Part shown: piece after piece, positions 1 through 8,868 of the stretch
Layout of the letters: each line of letters starts with the position of its first letter
Numbering within the stretch: position 1 is the first letter of the stretch
From: an uncultured Planctomycetia bacterium
GTDB taxonomy: Bacteria; Omnitrophota; Gorgyraeia; 2-01-FULL-45-10
Reading direction: 5' to 3'
Length of the DNA stretch: 64,000 nt
NCBI GenBank assembly: GCA_964433975.1
Contig: CAYSSS010000001.1
Location: forward strand, 78,257 to 142,256
The notes under the pieces: model-generated
Databases searched by the model: none
What the model was told of the DNA's origin: nothing
What the model saw: the letters and a program-made list of their open reading frames with translations, nothing else
Program-made: the position numbers and the translations under genes

Positions 1-129
1 GATCTTCCTATTCTGGTCAAGGTCGAATTTGATGAGTACTATCTAAAAAACAAATCCTTTTTAACGGATTGCAAGATCCTGCTTATGACCGTTACCAAGT
101 CAATTCGAGGAGAGGGCGTGCAGCACTAG
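1..129 (+). CDS. 3' end of a polyprenyl-phosphate sugar phosphotransferase (bacterial sugar transferase family, PglC/WbaP/WcaJ-like). The 5' end is cut off by the window edge.
   Basis: The frame-1 translation DLPILVKVEFDEYYLKNKSFLTDCKILLMTVTKSIRGEGVQH* resembles the conserved C-terminal motif (..DLYYIENWSLWLDLKILLKTV..) of Bac_transf enzymes. The stop is TAG at 127-129. Confidence 0.65.
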   Translation, partial: DLPILVKVEFDEYYLKNKSFLTDCKILLMTVTKSIRGEGVQH

Positions 130-147
130 TCTATTATCGGGGTACGG

Positions 148-2043
148 TTGACTATCCCGGTGATAAAGGATATAATCTTCACGTTATACAATATGAAGAA
201 CATACTTAATAAGCTAAGAATACCTGTGATGGTGGGCATGGACCTGATGTTAGTGAATCTGTCTATGTTCCTGGCCTTTGCAATTAGATTTGACTGGCGA
301 TTTACCAACATCATTGCATCTCCCTGTCTGTATTTTATGCTGTGGGCGGTCATTATCAGGATTACGTTATTCGCCATCTTTGGGATATATCAATGGTCAT
401 TTCGCTATGCGAGCATAAGCGAAGCAACGAATGTATTAAAGTCCATAACAATAGGTAGCTTATTACTTATTGCGGTGGCATTTTTTACACAACTCATAGA
501 GATGAGCCGGTCAGTACTGCTAATTGATTATCTGACCTGTCTTTTCCTTATAGGCATATCAAGATTCTCTCCGAGGGCTTTGATTAAATTCACGCAACTA
601 AAATCCTATAATCTCAAAAGAGTTCTTATAGTAGGAGCCGGCGCATCAGGTGAAATGGTCGTTCGTGAGATGATAAGCGCGAAAAAAAGAACTTATCAAC
701 CGGTCGGTTTTATCGACGATAACCCGACTAAGCTGCATTCCCGCATACATGGGGTAAGGGTCTTAGGTAAGATAGAAGACATTAGAGATGTGATAGGCCG
801 CCATAATGTTTCGGAAGTGATCATTGCAGTCCCATCCGCAAGCGGTAATACGATAAGGGATATTGTGTCAAAATGCGCAAAGTCGGATGTAAAGATTAAG
901 ACCGTGCCGGAGCTCCACAAGATCTTAACCGGCGAGGTAACAATAAAACAGATAAGAGACGTAAGCCCGGAAGATCTTTTAGGCAGGGAAACTGTTAGTA
1001 TAAGCATGGAAGATGTAAGTGCTTTTATCAAGGATAAAGTTGTTCTGATAACGGGCGCCGCCGGCACTATAGGGTCAGAATTATCGAGGCAGGTATCAAA
1101 ATTTAACCCGAAGCAACTGATATCATACGATCTGAATGAAAATGACGTATATTTTTTAGAGATCGAGCTCAAGTCGAGCTATCCCTATCTGAAATTTAAT
1201 ACAGTGATAGGCGATATAAAAGATATAGGACTGTTAAAAAATACATTTTCCAAGTACAGGCCCCAAATAGTTTTCCATTCCGCGGCACATAAGCACGTGC
1301 CTCTTATGGAGGGAAATCCGGTCTCTGCCATCAAGAATAATGTTATAGGCACAAGGAATCTTATTTACGCTTCGGAGCACTATATGGTAGAGAGATTTGT
1401 CATGATATCTTCGGATAAAGCGGTAAATCCTACGAATGTAATGGGGGTTTCAAAACGTATAGCGGAAATGATGATACAATCGAAAGCAAAAACAGCCAGG
1501 ACAAAATTTATGGCGGTTAGATTTGGTAATGTTATTGGTTCCAGCGGGAGCGTCGTCCCTATATTCAAGCGACAGATTGAAAGAGGAGAGCCGGTAACTG
1601 TAACCCACCCTGAGGTCAAGAGGTTTTTTATGACCGCTAAAGAGGCCGTGCAGCTTGTCATGCAAGCGGGCGCTATCGGTAAGGAAGGTGAAATCCTTAT
1701 TCTCGATATGGGCGAGCAGATAAAGATACTGGACTTGGCCAAAAGTCTCATAACTTTATCCGGACTTGAGCCCGATAAGGATGTGGGAATTAAGTTTATC
1801 GGTTTAAGACCGGGTGAAAAGATGTATGAGGAAACACTGCTTGATGTAGAGCATGATAGGGCAACCAAACATGATAAGATCTATATTGCGCAGCCAAATA
1901 ATTTTGATCCGATTCAATTGCGGGAAGATATAAAAATACTGGAAAAATTGGCTAATTTAATGGCCGAGGCCAAGATAATAGATAAAATCAAAGAGATGGT
2001 CCCAACTTACAAACCGAATGGTAAATACAATGGCAGTAAATAG
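148..2043 (+). CDS. Membrane-anchored NDP-sugar 4,6-dehydratase of the PglF/CapD/WbpM family (polysaccharide biosynthesis protein).
   Basis: 631 aa. The N-terminus is hydrophobic with multiple TM helices. There are two Rossmann motifs, LIVGAGASGEMVV and VLITGAAGTIGSEL. The SSDKAVNPTNVMGVSKRIAE motif is typical of CapD-like dehydratases. The true start may lie downstream of 148, for example the Met at 208. Confidence 0.85.
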   Translation: MTIPVIKDIIFTLYNMKNILNKLRIPVMVGMDLMLVNLSMFLAFAIRFDWRFTNIIASPCLYFMLWAVIIRITLFAIFGIYQWSFRYASISEATNVLKSITIGSLLLIAVAFFTQLIEMSRSVLLIDYLTCLFLIGISRFSPRALIKFTQLKSYNLKRVLIVGAGASGEMVVREMISAKKRTYQPVGFIDDNPTKLHSRIHGVRVLGKIEDIRDVIGRHNVSEVIIAVPSASGNTIRDIVSKCAKSDVKIKTVPELHKILTGEVTIKQIRDVSPEDLLGRETVSISMEDVSAFIKDKVVLITGAAGTIGSELSRQVSKFNPKQLISYDLNENDVYFLEIELKSSYPYLKFNTVIGDIKDIGLLKNTFSKYRPQIVFHSAAHKHVPLMEGNPVSAIKNNVIGTRNLIYASEHYMVERFVMISSDKAVNPTNVMGVSKRIAEMMIQSKAKTARTKFMAVRFGNVIGSSGSVVPIFKRQIERGEPVTVTHPEVKRFFMTAKEAVQLVMQAGAIGKEGEILILDMGEQIKILDLAKSLITLSGLEPDKDVGIKFIGLRPGEKMYEETLLDVEHDRATKHDKIYIAQPNNFDPIQLREDIKILEKLANLMAEAKIIDKIKEMVPTYKPNGKYNGSK

Positions 2044-3373
2044 GGAATGGCTTGATAGGCTGATAGTGCTGTCTTTATGCAGTATGATATTTACTCTGCC
2101 GTTTTCAAAATCAGCGGTGGAGATATGCATAATAACCGCTTTTGTGTTATGGATTTTAAAAAGATCGTTATCGTACGACCCAAAGGTCCCCCTTATACGA
2201 ATATTTAAACCGCCCAGTTCAAAATTAAATCTTCCAATATATTTATTTATTTTTGCCGGATTTTTATCGGTCGTCGCTAGCGCCTCAGTTTCGCTAAGCC
2301 TTAAAGGTATATTTTCCAAGCTGCTCAAAGAGGTGATTTTGTATTTTTTGGTGATAGAAACTATAAATAATAGAAAAAGACTGCACTTTGTTTTAATATT
2401 CATGGTACTGTCCATGCTACTTATAGGCGCGGACGGGATCTTTCAGTTCAGTACATACCGGGATTTTTTAAGGGGTTATCTGCAGGAAGGGAGGATTACG
2501 GCTTCTTTCAATACCGCCAATGGCCTAGGCGGTTGGATCACAGTTATGTTGCCGTTGGCTCTTGGCATGATCTTTACAGGAAAAGCTCCACGGCCGAAGC
2601 AGGCCTTTAAGTTTATACTATTTTTTTTATCGTGTGTTTTGTTGTTTTGTCTAGTGATGACTCGCTCGAGGGGAGCATGGGTGGGATCAGCTTTTGCCAT
2701 GATTTTTTTCATTGTATGTAAAAAAAACAGAGTATTTTTTATCGGGATGGCTATCATGTCGGTGCTGTGTATTTTTTTTCTTGCGTACTTGGTATGTGCA
2801 CATCCGGGGTTTACCGAGTTGCTCAGAGAATCTGTGAGCTTCAGCGCAAATGACGGCCATTTATCTTTTGTTAGAGATTTTTTTATCTCAGTCAAAAATT
2901 ACGCAGTCCAGATCATGCTAAAAACAGATATCGTAAGGACCCATTTATGGCGGGAGGCGCTATCGGTCATTAAAGACTTTCCTGTTTTTGGATGCGGCTT
3001 AAATACGTATTCTATTGTTGCCCCTGGTTACAAAGGTGATATTGGAGGAGAGGCCGGATTTTATCCGCACAACTCTTATCTTCAAATGGCTGCTGAAACT
3101 GGAATTGTTGGGTTGGCTTCTTTTCTTATTGTTGTGATAAGCTTATTCAGGGTCTCTATTAAGAATCTACAGAAGATCAAAGAAGCGTTTTACAACAGCA
3201 TATTGATCGGGTTATTGGCCGGATTATTCGGTTTTTTGGTGCATAGTTTTTTTGATGTTAATTTATACGCCTTGCAATTAGTTAATTTAATGTGGTTTGT
3301 CATGGGGTTGATTATTGCTGTTCAGAGAATAGCATTGAAGGAAGAAAGTAAGTCGTTAGGATATAATGCCTAA
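2018..3373 (+). CDS. O-antigen ligase / Wzy_C-domain polytopic membrane protein (WaaL or PglL-type O-oligosaccharyltransferase-like).
   Basis: 451 aa with many TM segments. The loop motif YPHNSYLQMAAETGIVGL matches the Wzy_C signature (H-N-x-Y-L-x-x-x-x-E-x-G). The start is ambiguous between 2018 and 2030. Confidence 0.7.
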   Translation: MVNTMAVNREWLDRLIVLSLCSMIFTLPFSKSAVEICIITAFVLWILKRSLSYDPKVPLIRIFKPPSSKLNLPIYLFIFAGFLSVVASASVSLSLKGIFSKLLKEVILYFLVIETINNRKRLHFVLIFMVLSMLLIGADGIFQFSTYRDFLRGYLQEGRITASFNTANGLGGWITVMLPLALGMIFTGKAPRPKQAFKFILFFLSCVLLFCLVMTRSRGAWVGSAFAMIFFIVCKKNRVFFIGMAIMSVLCIFFLAYLVCAHPGFTELLRESVSFSANDGHLSFVRDFFISVKNYAVQIMLKTDIVRTHLWREALSVIKDFPVFGCGLNTYSIVAPGYKGDIGGEAGFYPHNSYLQMAAETGIVGLASFLIVVISLFRVSIKNLQKIKEAFYNSILIGLLAGLFGFLVHSFFDVNLYALQLVNLMWFVMGLIIAVQRIALKEESKSLGYNA

Positions 3374-4178
3374 AAACAGAAAACCTCAATCGTTAAAACT
3401 TGGTTGTTTAAAGGATCCCCGTGATTTACGTGACATTCCAATGGGGCTGGTCCTGCCTCCGATACCGCTACCCGATAAAACCGATTATACGGTCAGCATG
3501 ACCCCTGTTAGAAATCAGGGCAATGAAGGAACGTGCGTGGCGTTTGCAAGTGTTGTAGGTATAAAAGAGTATCAGGATTCCAGAGAGTATAAGAAGATTA
3601 TAGATTTATCGCCGCGGTATAACTATAGCCTGTGCAAGAAAAATGACGGCAGCCCCGAAGAAGAGGGCACATATCCCAGGGTCGCAATGAAGATGCTGCT
3701 GAGCTTCGGTACGCCTCCCGAGAGATATTGGCCGTATAAGCCCCATCAAATTGATAAACCGAAACACGGTGCCGATAAGGCAGCAATGAAGTATCGCATA
3801 AAAGCCTACGCTCGTATCAAAACTAACCTTGAAATGAAACGAAGCCTGGTTATCAATGGTCCGTTCATGGCGGGCGTAGATGTGTACGAGTCGTGGTTTA
3901 CAGAGAAGGCCTCTAAAACCGGACTGATACCTATGCCTATAAAGTCCGACCAGTATCAGGGCGGTCATGCCATATGCATAGTCGGTTATGATGACAAAAG
4001 GAAGCTATTTAAATTCAAGAACTCTTGGGGTGATGATTGGGGAGATAGTGGATATGGTTATCTAACCTACGACTATATGAAACAATATTGCGTTGATGCC
4101 TGGAGCGCCACAGATTTAATTGAGAATCCGATGGCGCTGGTAAGTAAGATAGAAGAGGTTTTGGTACGGTATGCCTGA
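3366..4178 (+). CDS. Papain-like cysteine peptidase (family C1A-like), with no obvious signal peptide.
   Basis: The catalytic motifs are Q-x5-C (QGNEGTCVAFA), His (GGHAICIVGYDD) and Asn (NSWGDDWGDSGYGY). All three are spaced as in papain. Length is 270 aa. Confidence 0.8.
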   Translation: MPKNRKPQSLKLGCLKDPRDLRDIPMGLVLPPIPLPDKTDYTVSMTPVRNQGNEGTCVAFASVVGIKEYQDSREYKKIIDLSPRYNYSLCKKNDGSPEEEGTYPRVAMKMLLSFGTPPERYWPYKPHQIDKPKHGADKAAMKYRIKAYARIKTNLEMKRSLVINGPFMAGVDVYESWFTEKASKTGLIPMPIKSDQYQGGHAICIVGYDDKRKLFKFKNSWGDDWGDSGYGYLTYDYMKQYCVDAWSATDLIENPMALVSKIEEVLVRYA

Positions 4179-5765
4179 TTATATTCTGGGAATATCGGCG
4201 TTCTATAATGATTCCGCCGCCGCGCTGCTTAAAGACGGCGAGATAATAGCTGCGGCCCAGGAAGAACGCTTTACGCGTAAAAAGCACGACCCAAGTTTTC
4301 CCAAAAATGCAATATCATATTGCTTGCGCGAAGCAGGTATCGGCAAGGCAGATCTTGATCTAATGGTATTTCATGATGGCAGCTATAAAAAAGACGTAAA
4401 AAAAAACTAAAATTTCGCGGCAAGCAGCTATTTTGCAAACATCACTACGCTCAGGCGGCAAGCGCTTTTTATCCGTCCCCATTCAATAAAGCCGCGATAC
4501 TTGTAGTTGATGGATCAAATGCTCAGGTAGCGGCAGCTTTTGGCAGTGGCACAGACAATTCAATAAAAATTCACTCCTCTATAAAATTCCCGAATTCCAT
4601 AGGGTTGCTATATTCCGTATTTACGCATTATTGCGGATTCAATCCCGATGCTGATGAGTATAAGTTAATGGGGTTGGCTCCTTATGGCAAGCCGGTTTAT
4701 GTTGACCTGATTATGGAGAAGCTTATTAAGCTGAGAATCGACGGTACTTATCGTATAAATTCGAATTACTTTACTTTCCGGGCGAAGCATAAAAAATCCA
4801 ATAAGAAGTTCACAGATCTCTTCGGCGGCCCCCCAAGAAAAAAAGATGACGAGATAGAAAAAAAACATAAGGACCTCGCGCGTTCTGTCCAAGCCGTCAC
4901 GGAGATTGCTTTGATGAACATGGTGAATCGCTTGTACGGGAAAACAAGGCTGGAAAACCTTTGTATGTCAGGTGAAGTGGCGCATAATTGCGTTGCGAAT
5001 GGTAGAATATTAAGGGAAGGGCCTTTTAAGAGGGTGTGGATACAGCCAGCGCCTTCCAGCGCTGGGTGCGCTCTCGGGGCAGCATTTTTAGGTTGGCATG
5101 AATACATGGGCAAGCTCCGAAAAGTCAGCAGGGCCAGAGATTTGCAGAAAGCGAGCCTTCTGGGCCCATCGTTCTCCGATGAAGAAATAGAAAGCTATTT
5201 AGAAGAAAATAATATAAAATATCAAAAATTGGCGAGAGCGGCCCTTTTAGCAAAAGTTGCCGGTTTTCTGGCTGACCAAAGAATAGTTGGGTGGTTCCAG
5301 GGCAGGATGGAGTTCGGCCCCCGCGCTCTGGGGAACCGTAGTATTCTGGCGGATCCCAGGTCAAAAGATATGCGCGATATTATTAATTCAAAAATCAAAT
5401 TCAGGGAAAGTTTCAGGCCATTTGCGCCAAGCGTGCTTCTGGAAAAATCACGGAACTTCTTTGATCTGGAATACGAAAGCCCATACATGCTTTTTGTGTC
5501 AACGGTTAAAAGGAGCGGATTTCCGGCCATAACACATGTTGACGGCTCAGCTAGGGTGCAAACAGTAAAGCATGAAGACAACCCTCTTTTTTATGATTTA
5601 ATAGGGCAGTTTTATAAAGACCACGGTTGCCCCATGGTTATAAATACATCTTTTAACAGGATGGGGGAGCCGATAGTCTGCACGCCTGAGGATGCTTACG
5701 GATGTTTTATGAATACCGAAATGGATTATTTAGTTATGGGTTCATTTATTATTGGAAAGGTTTAG
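4171..5765 (+). pseudogene. NodU/CmcH-family carbamoyltransferase split by a frameshift at an A9 homopolymer (4398-4406). It is either a phase-variable or inactivated gene, or a homopolymer sequencing error.
   Basis: ORF 4171-4410 encodes the family N-terminus (MPDYILGISAFYNDSAAALLKDGEIIAAAQEERFTRKKHD..DLDLMVFHDGS). The adjacent frame continues without a gap with LKFRGKQLFCKHHYAQAASAFYPSPFNKAAILVVDGS..EYKLMGLAPYGKP..., running into the annotated ORF 4605-5765, which carries the C-terminal NodU motifs (GRMEFGPRALGNRSIL, NTSFN). A single +1 change (A10) in the A-run would restore one ~530 aa ORF. Confidence 0.6.
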
Positions 5766-7491
5766 TATGAGAACAATAGAAAAAATTGTTGTCGCAGTAT
5801 TGCTTCTATCATTTCTAATAGGCGGATTATATTATGCCGCCACGAATTCCATAACGTCCGATGAAAAAACGCATATGGCGGTAGGGTATATGAACCTGCG
5901 CTTTCATGATTACAGGTTCAATATCGAGCATCCGCCTCTCGTTAAACAGCTCGCTGCGCTGCCGCTTTTATTCCTGAAGCTGAATTTTCCTTTTGATGTT
6001 TACAGCGTATCGGTCCCGGACGATATCGTAAAGATCCAGAACTTATTCCTGTTCAAGCTCGGGAACAACCTCGATTTTATGCTCTTTCTCTCCCGCATAC
6101 CGAATCTACTCATAGCCCTTATTTTAGGGTTCTTCATATACCTGTACTCAAGAAGGCTCAACGGCACATTCGCCGGGCTGATCTCATTGTCGTTATTCGT
6201 ATTCTCACCCATATTCTTAGCCCACTCCTCTTTGGTCACCATGGATACTACTATAACCTGCTTCTATTTCGCGGCTATCTATTTTTTGATGAGGTATTTT
6301 GAAACGGAAAAAGAGGGATTTTTGATCGGTGTGGCGCTCTTTACGGGATTAAGCTTTATGTCGAAGTTCAGCGGCCTGCTTTTGATACCGGTAATTTATT
6401 TACTTATTTTCATGAGGAGTTTATACCCGGTCCAGGAACCGAAAAAAATTACTTTGAAGAAGTGGATAGTAAACCTGGTCATATTTTTGCCTTTTCTGTT
6501 ATTTGCCGCATCTTATAAGAAGTCTTTCAGACTAATACTTCCGGCCCTCGCCATATACGCCATCTCTTATCTCTTTTATAACAAGAAGACTCTCTTCTCA
6601 AAGATAAATTTTGTAGGTAGGTCGCTACTCTTCATCATGGTAGTGGCGTTTGTCATGGTAATACTTGATTATACCGACTATTCATGGTTCCCGTTTCATA
6701 GCGCTACAAAGGCTTATTTCAAAGGCTTTGCCTATTTTGAGGGTCACGCGCAATATGGGCAGGAGTCTTATCTATTGGGGGCCAGCTCAAAGGCAACGGG
6801 GTGGTGGTATTATTTTCCTCTCGCTATTTTATTCAAGGAGCCATTTATTACCTCAATATTCCTCTTCCTGGGGGTAATAGGGTTATGCATAAAAAGAGAG
6901 AAGATATTAACTAAAGCCGTTCTTGTGATACCGGCTTTCGTATATCTTTTTATAGCGATGTTCATCAACAATTTGAACATAGGCATCCGCCATATATTGC
7001 CGGTATATCCGTTTTTGTTTGTCATGGCCGGTTACAGCGTATCCATTATAAGAAACTCCAGGGCGGTTAAATATCTTTTATCTCTGTTGGTCATAATATT
7101 AGCCGTGGATGTGCTAAGTTCGTATCCTGCCCATCTTTCGTATTTTAACAGACTGATAGGGGGGTATAAAGATGGTTATAAGTACCTTGGTGATTCAAAT
7201 ATAGCCTGGGGTCAGGACTGGAAGAGGTTAAAAGGATACGTTGAAAAGCATAATATAGCCACAATAGGTGCGGACGGAGCTTTCAGCTATGATAAAGTGT
7301 GCGATTATTATCGTATACCGTATAGGTATCTAACGAAAGATGAAGAATTGCGTCCGAGGGAAGGATATTATGTTATCGAGACTACCGCTTTCCCGGCCAA
7401 AAGAATAAAATGGCTGGATAAGATAAAGCCTGTTGAATGGGTGGGAGGATCCTTGCTGATATATAATATTACAAAGGAAGATGCCAAATGA
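5752..7491 (+). CDS. GT-C fold membrane glycosyltransferase, ArnT/PMT_2-like (polyprenyl-phosphate-sugar dependent).
   Basis: 579 aa polytopic. The first periplasmic loop has a D-E motif (ITSDEKTH) followed by HPPL (EHPPLVKQLAALPL), as in ArnT/PMT-family enzymes. It is a paralog of the 19538-21205 protein, sharing the C-terminal motif YFN..IGG...GYKYL.DSN..WGQD. Confidence 0.65.
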   Translation: MERFSMRTIEKIVVAVLLLSFLIGGLYYAATNSITSDEKTHMAVGYMNLRFHDYRFNIEHPPLVKQLAALPLLFLKLNFPFDVYSVSVPDDIVKIQNLFLFKLGNNLDFMLFLSRIPNLLIALILGFFIYLYSRRLNGTFAGLISLSLFVFSPIFLAHSSLVTMDTTITCFYFAAIYFLMRYFETEKEGFLIGVALFTGLSFMSKFSGLLLIPVIYLLIFMRSLYPVQEPKKITLKKWIVNLVIFLPFLLFAASYKKSFRLILPALAIYAISYLFYNKKTLFSKINFVGRSLLFIMVVAFVMVILDYTDYSWFPFHSATKAYFKGFAYFEGHAQYGQESYLLGASSKATGWWYYFPLAILFKEPFITSIFLFLGVIGLCIKREKILTKAVLVIPAFVYLFIAMFINNLNIGIRHILPVYPFLFVMAGYSVSIIRNSRAVKYLLSLLVIILAVDVLSSYPAHLSYFNRLIGGYKDGYKYLGDSNIAWGQDWKRLKGYVEKHNIATIGADGAFSYDKVCDYYRIPYRYLTKDEELRPREGYYVIETTAFPAKRIKWLDKIKPVEWVGGSLLIYNITKEDAK

Positions 7492-8795
7492 AGGTTTGTC
7501 TCATACATCCGCCGCAGCCCAATTCACTGGACGATAGGCTCGATATCCCGCTTGGGCAGCTATATCTGGCCACCGTGCTAAAGGAAGCGGGCTACGAAAC
7601 CAGGGTAGTTGACCTCTCTTCCGTGCCAATGGAGCGTTGGGCCGACCTCATCGGATGGGCGGATGTCTACGGCTTCACGGTGTATACTCCGTCGTATTAT
7701 ATATGCAAAGAGATACTGAAGCTTGCCAAGCAGAATAACCCCCGCGCCATAAGCGTCGCCGGAGGCGCGCATCCATCCGCTCTTCCGGAAGAGACTTTAA
7801 AAGATTTTGATTATGTAGTTATCGGCGAGGGGGAATTTGCCATGCGTGATCTAGTCGATAACTTAGCGAAGGCCAGGCCGATGGAGTCCAGGATCATCAG
7901 GTATCCTCTCATCGCGAATTTAGATGAACTGCCATATCCAGACCTTGACTTGATCGACATACATTCATACCATAGAAAGGTGGATGGTCAGCCGAGCTTG
8001 AGCTTTGTTACGAGCCGGGGGTGCCCCAATACGTGTGCGTTCTGCTGTAACTTCATGTTCGGCAAAAAGATCAGGTTCAGGCACCTTGATAACGTTGTCA
8101 ACGAGTTATCGTCGATAAAATCGAAATATGGCGTGAGGAATTTTATTTTTTATGACGATACGATGACCCTGGACAAAAACCGGGTTAAAGAGATGTCTGA
8201 GAAGTTTAAGCGGCTTGACATACGTTTCCGGGCTAATGGCACAGTAAAGGTGAATGATCCGGAAGTTTATGAGGATCTTTACGTCGCGGGCTGCAGGAAT
8301 ATCGCGTTTGGCGTTGAGACCGGCTCTCAGGAATTACTGCGCAAGATGAAGAAGCACACAACGGTAGACCAGATAAAAAAAGCTGTTAAAAACGCCAAGG
8401 CCGCCGGATTAATAGTTAAAGTATTCCTCATAGTCGGCTTTCCCGGAGAGACCTATCAGACCATACAGGAGACCGCCGATCTGATGCTTGAGTGCCGGCC
8501 GAACCAATATACGCTCTTTAACTTCGTCCCGTTTCCCGGCTGTGATGTTTGGCACAATCCCAAGAATTACGGCGTTACCTATTTTGAAAAGAACTACGAG
8601 CAGTACTTCAACATAGCCGGGTACCAGGAGGGAGGGCTCACGGTAGATACGGAGACTATGAAGAGGGCCGATGTCAAAGATATGAGGGAAAAACTGCTCG
8701 AATCCCTGTGCCGGTTAGACTGGTCCGGTGACGTACAGAATTACCAGTATAAGCTGCAACCTAAATACACCCCCCACACCCGCCAGTCCCCATAA
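7488..8795 (+). CDS. B12-binding-domain radical SAM enzyme (class B radical SAM, candidate C-methyltransferase).
   Basis: The N-terminus MKVCLIHPPQP...LATVLKEAGYE is typical of the cobalamin-binding domain. The CxxxCxxC cluster is at TSRGCPNTCAFCC. Length is 435 aa. Confidence 0.8.
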   Translation: MKVCLIHPPQPNSLDDRLDIPLGQLYLATVLKEAGYETRVVDLSSVPMERWADLIGWADVYGFTVYTPSYYICKEILKLAKQNNPRAISVAGGAHPSALPEETLKDFDYVVIGEGEFAMRDLVDNLAKARPMESRIIRYPLIANLDELPYPDLDLIDIHSYHRKVDGQPSLSFVTSRGCPNTCAFCCNFMFGKKIRFRHLDNVVNELSSIKSKYGVRNFIFYDDTMTLDKNRVKEMSEKFKRLDIRFRANGTVKVNDPEVYEDLYVAGCRNIAFGVETGSQELLRKMKKHTTVDQIKKAVKNAKAAGLIVKVFLIVGFPGETYQTIQETADLMLECRPNQYTLFNFVPFPGCDVWHNPKNYGVTYFEKNYEQYFNIAGYQEGGLTVDTETMKRADVKDMREKLLESLCRLDWSGDVQNYQYKLQPKYTPHTRQSP

Positions 8796-8868
8796 AACTA
8801 AATAATCCGTAGAAATACACTCCCCATAATGATATACTACTAGGCTACAAGCAAAGGAGACTAAGAAT

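Noticed and set aside
126-377. An 83 aa − strand ORF overlapping the 5' end of the PglF-like gene. Many similar antisense ORFs appear in the track (696-1172, 1380-1868, 1957-2415, 2476-2895 and others).
   Set aside because: They lie entirely within, and antisense to, long + strand ORFs with strong family-level motifs. They have no RBS or recognisable motifs and are typical AT-rich antisense artefacts.
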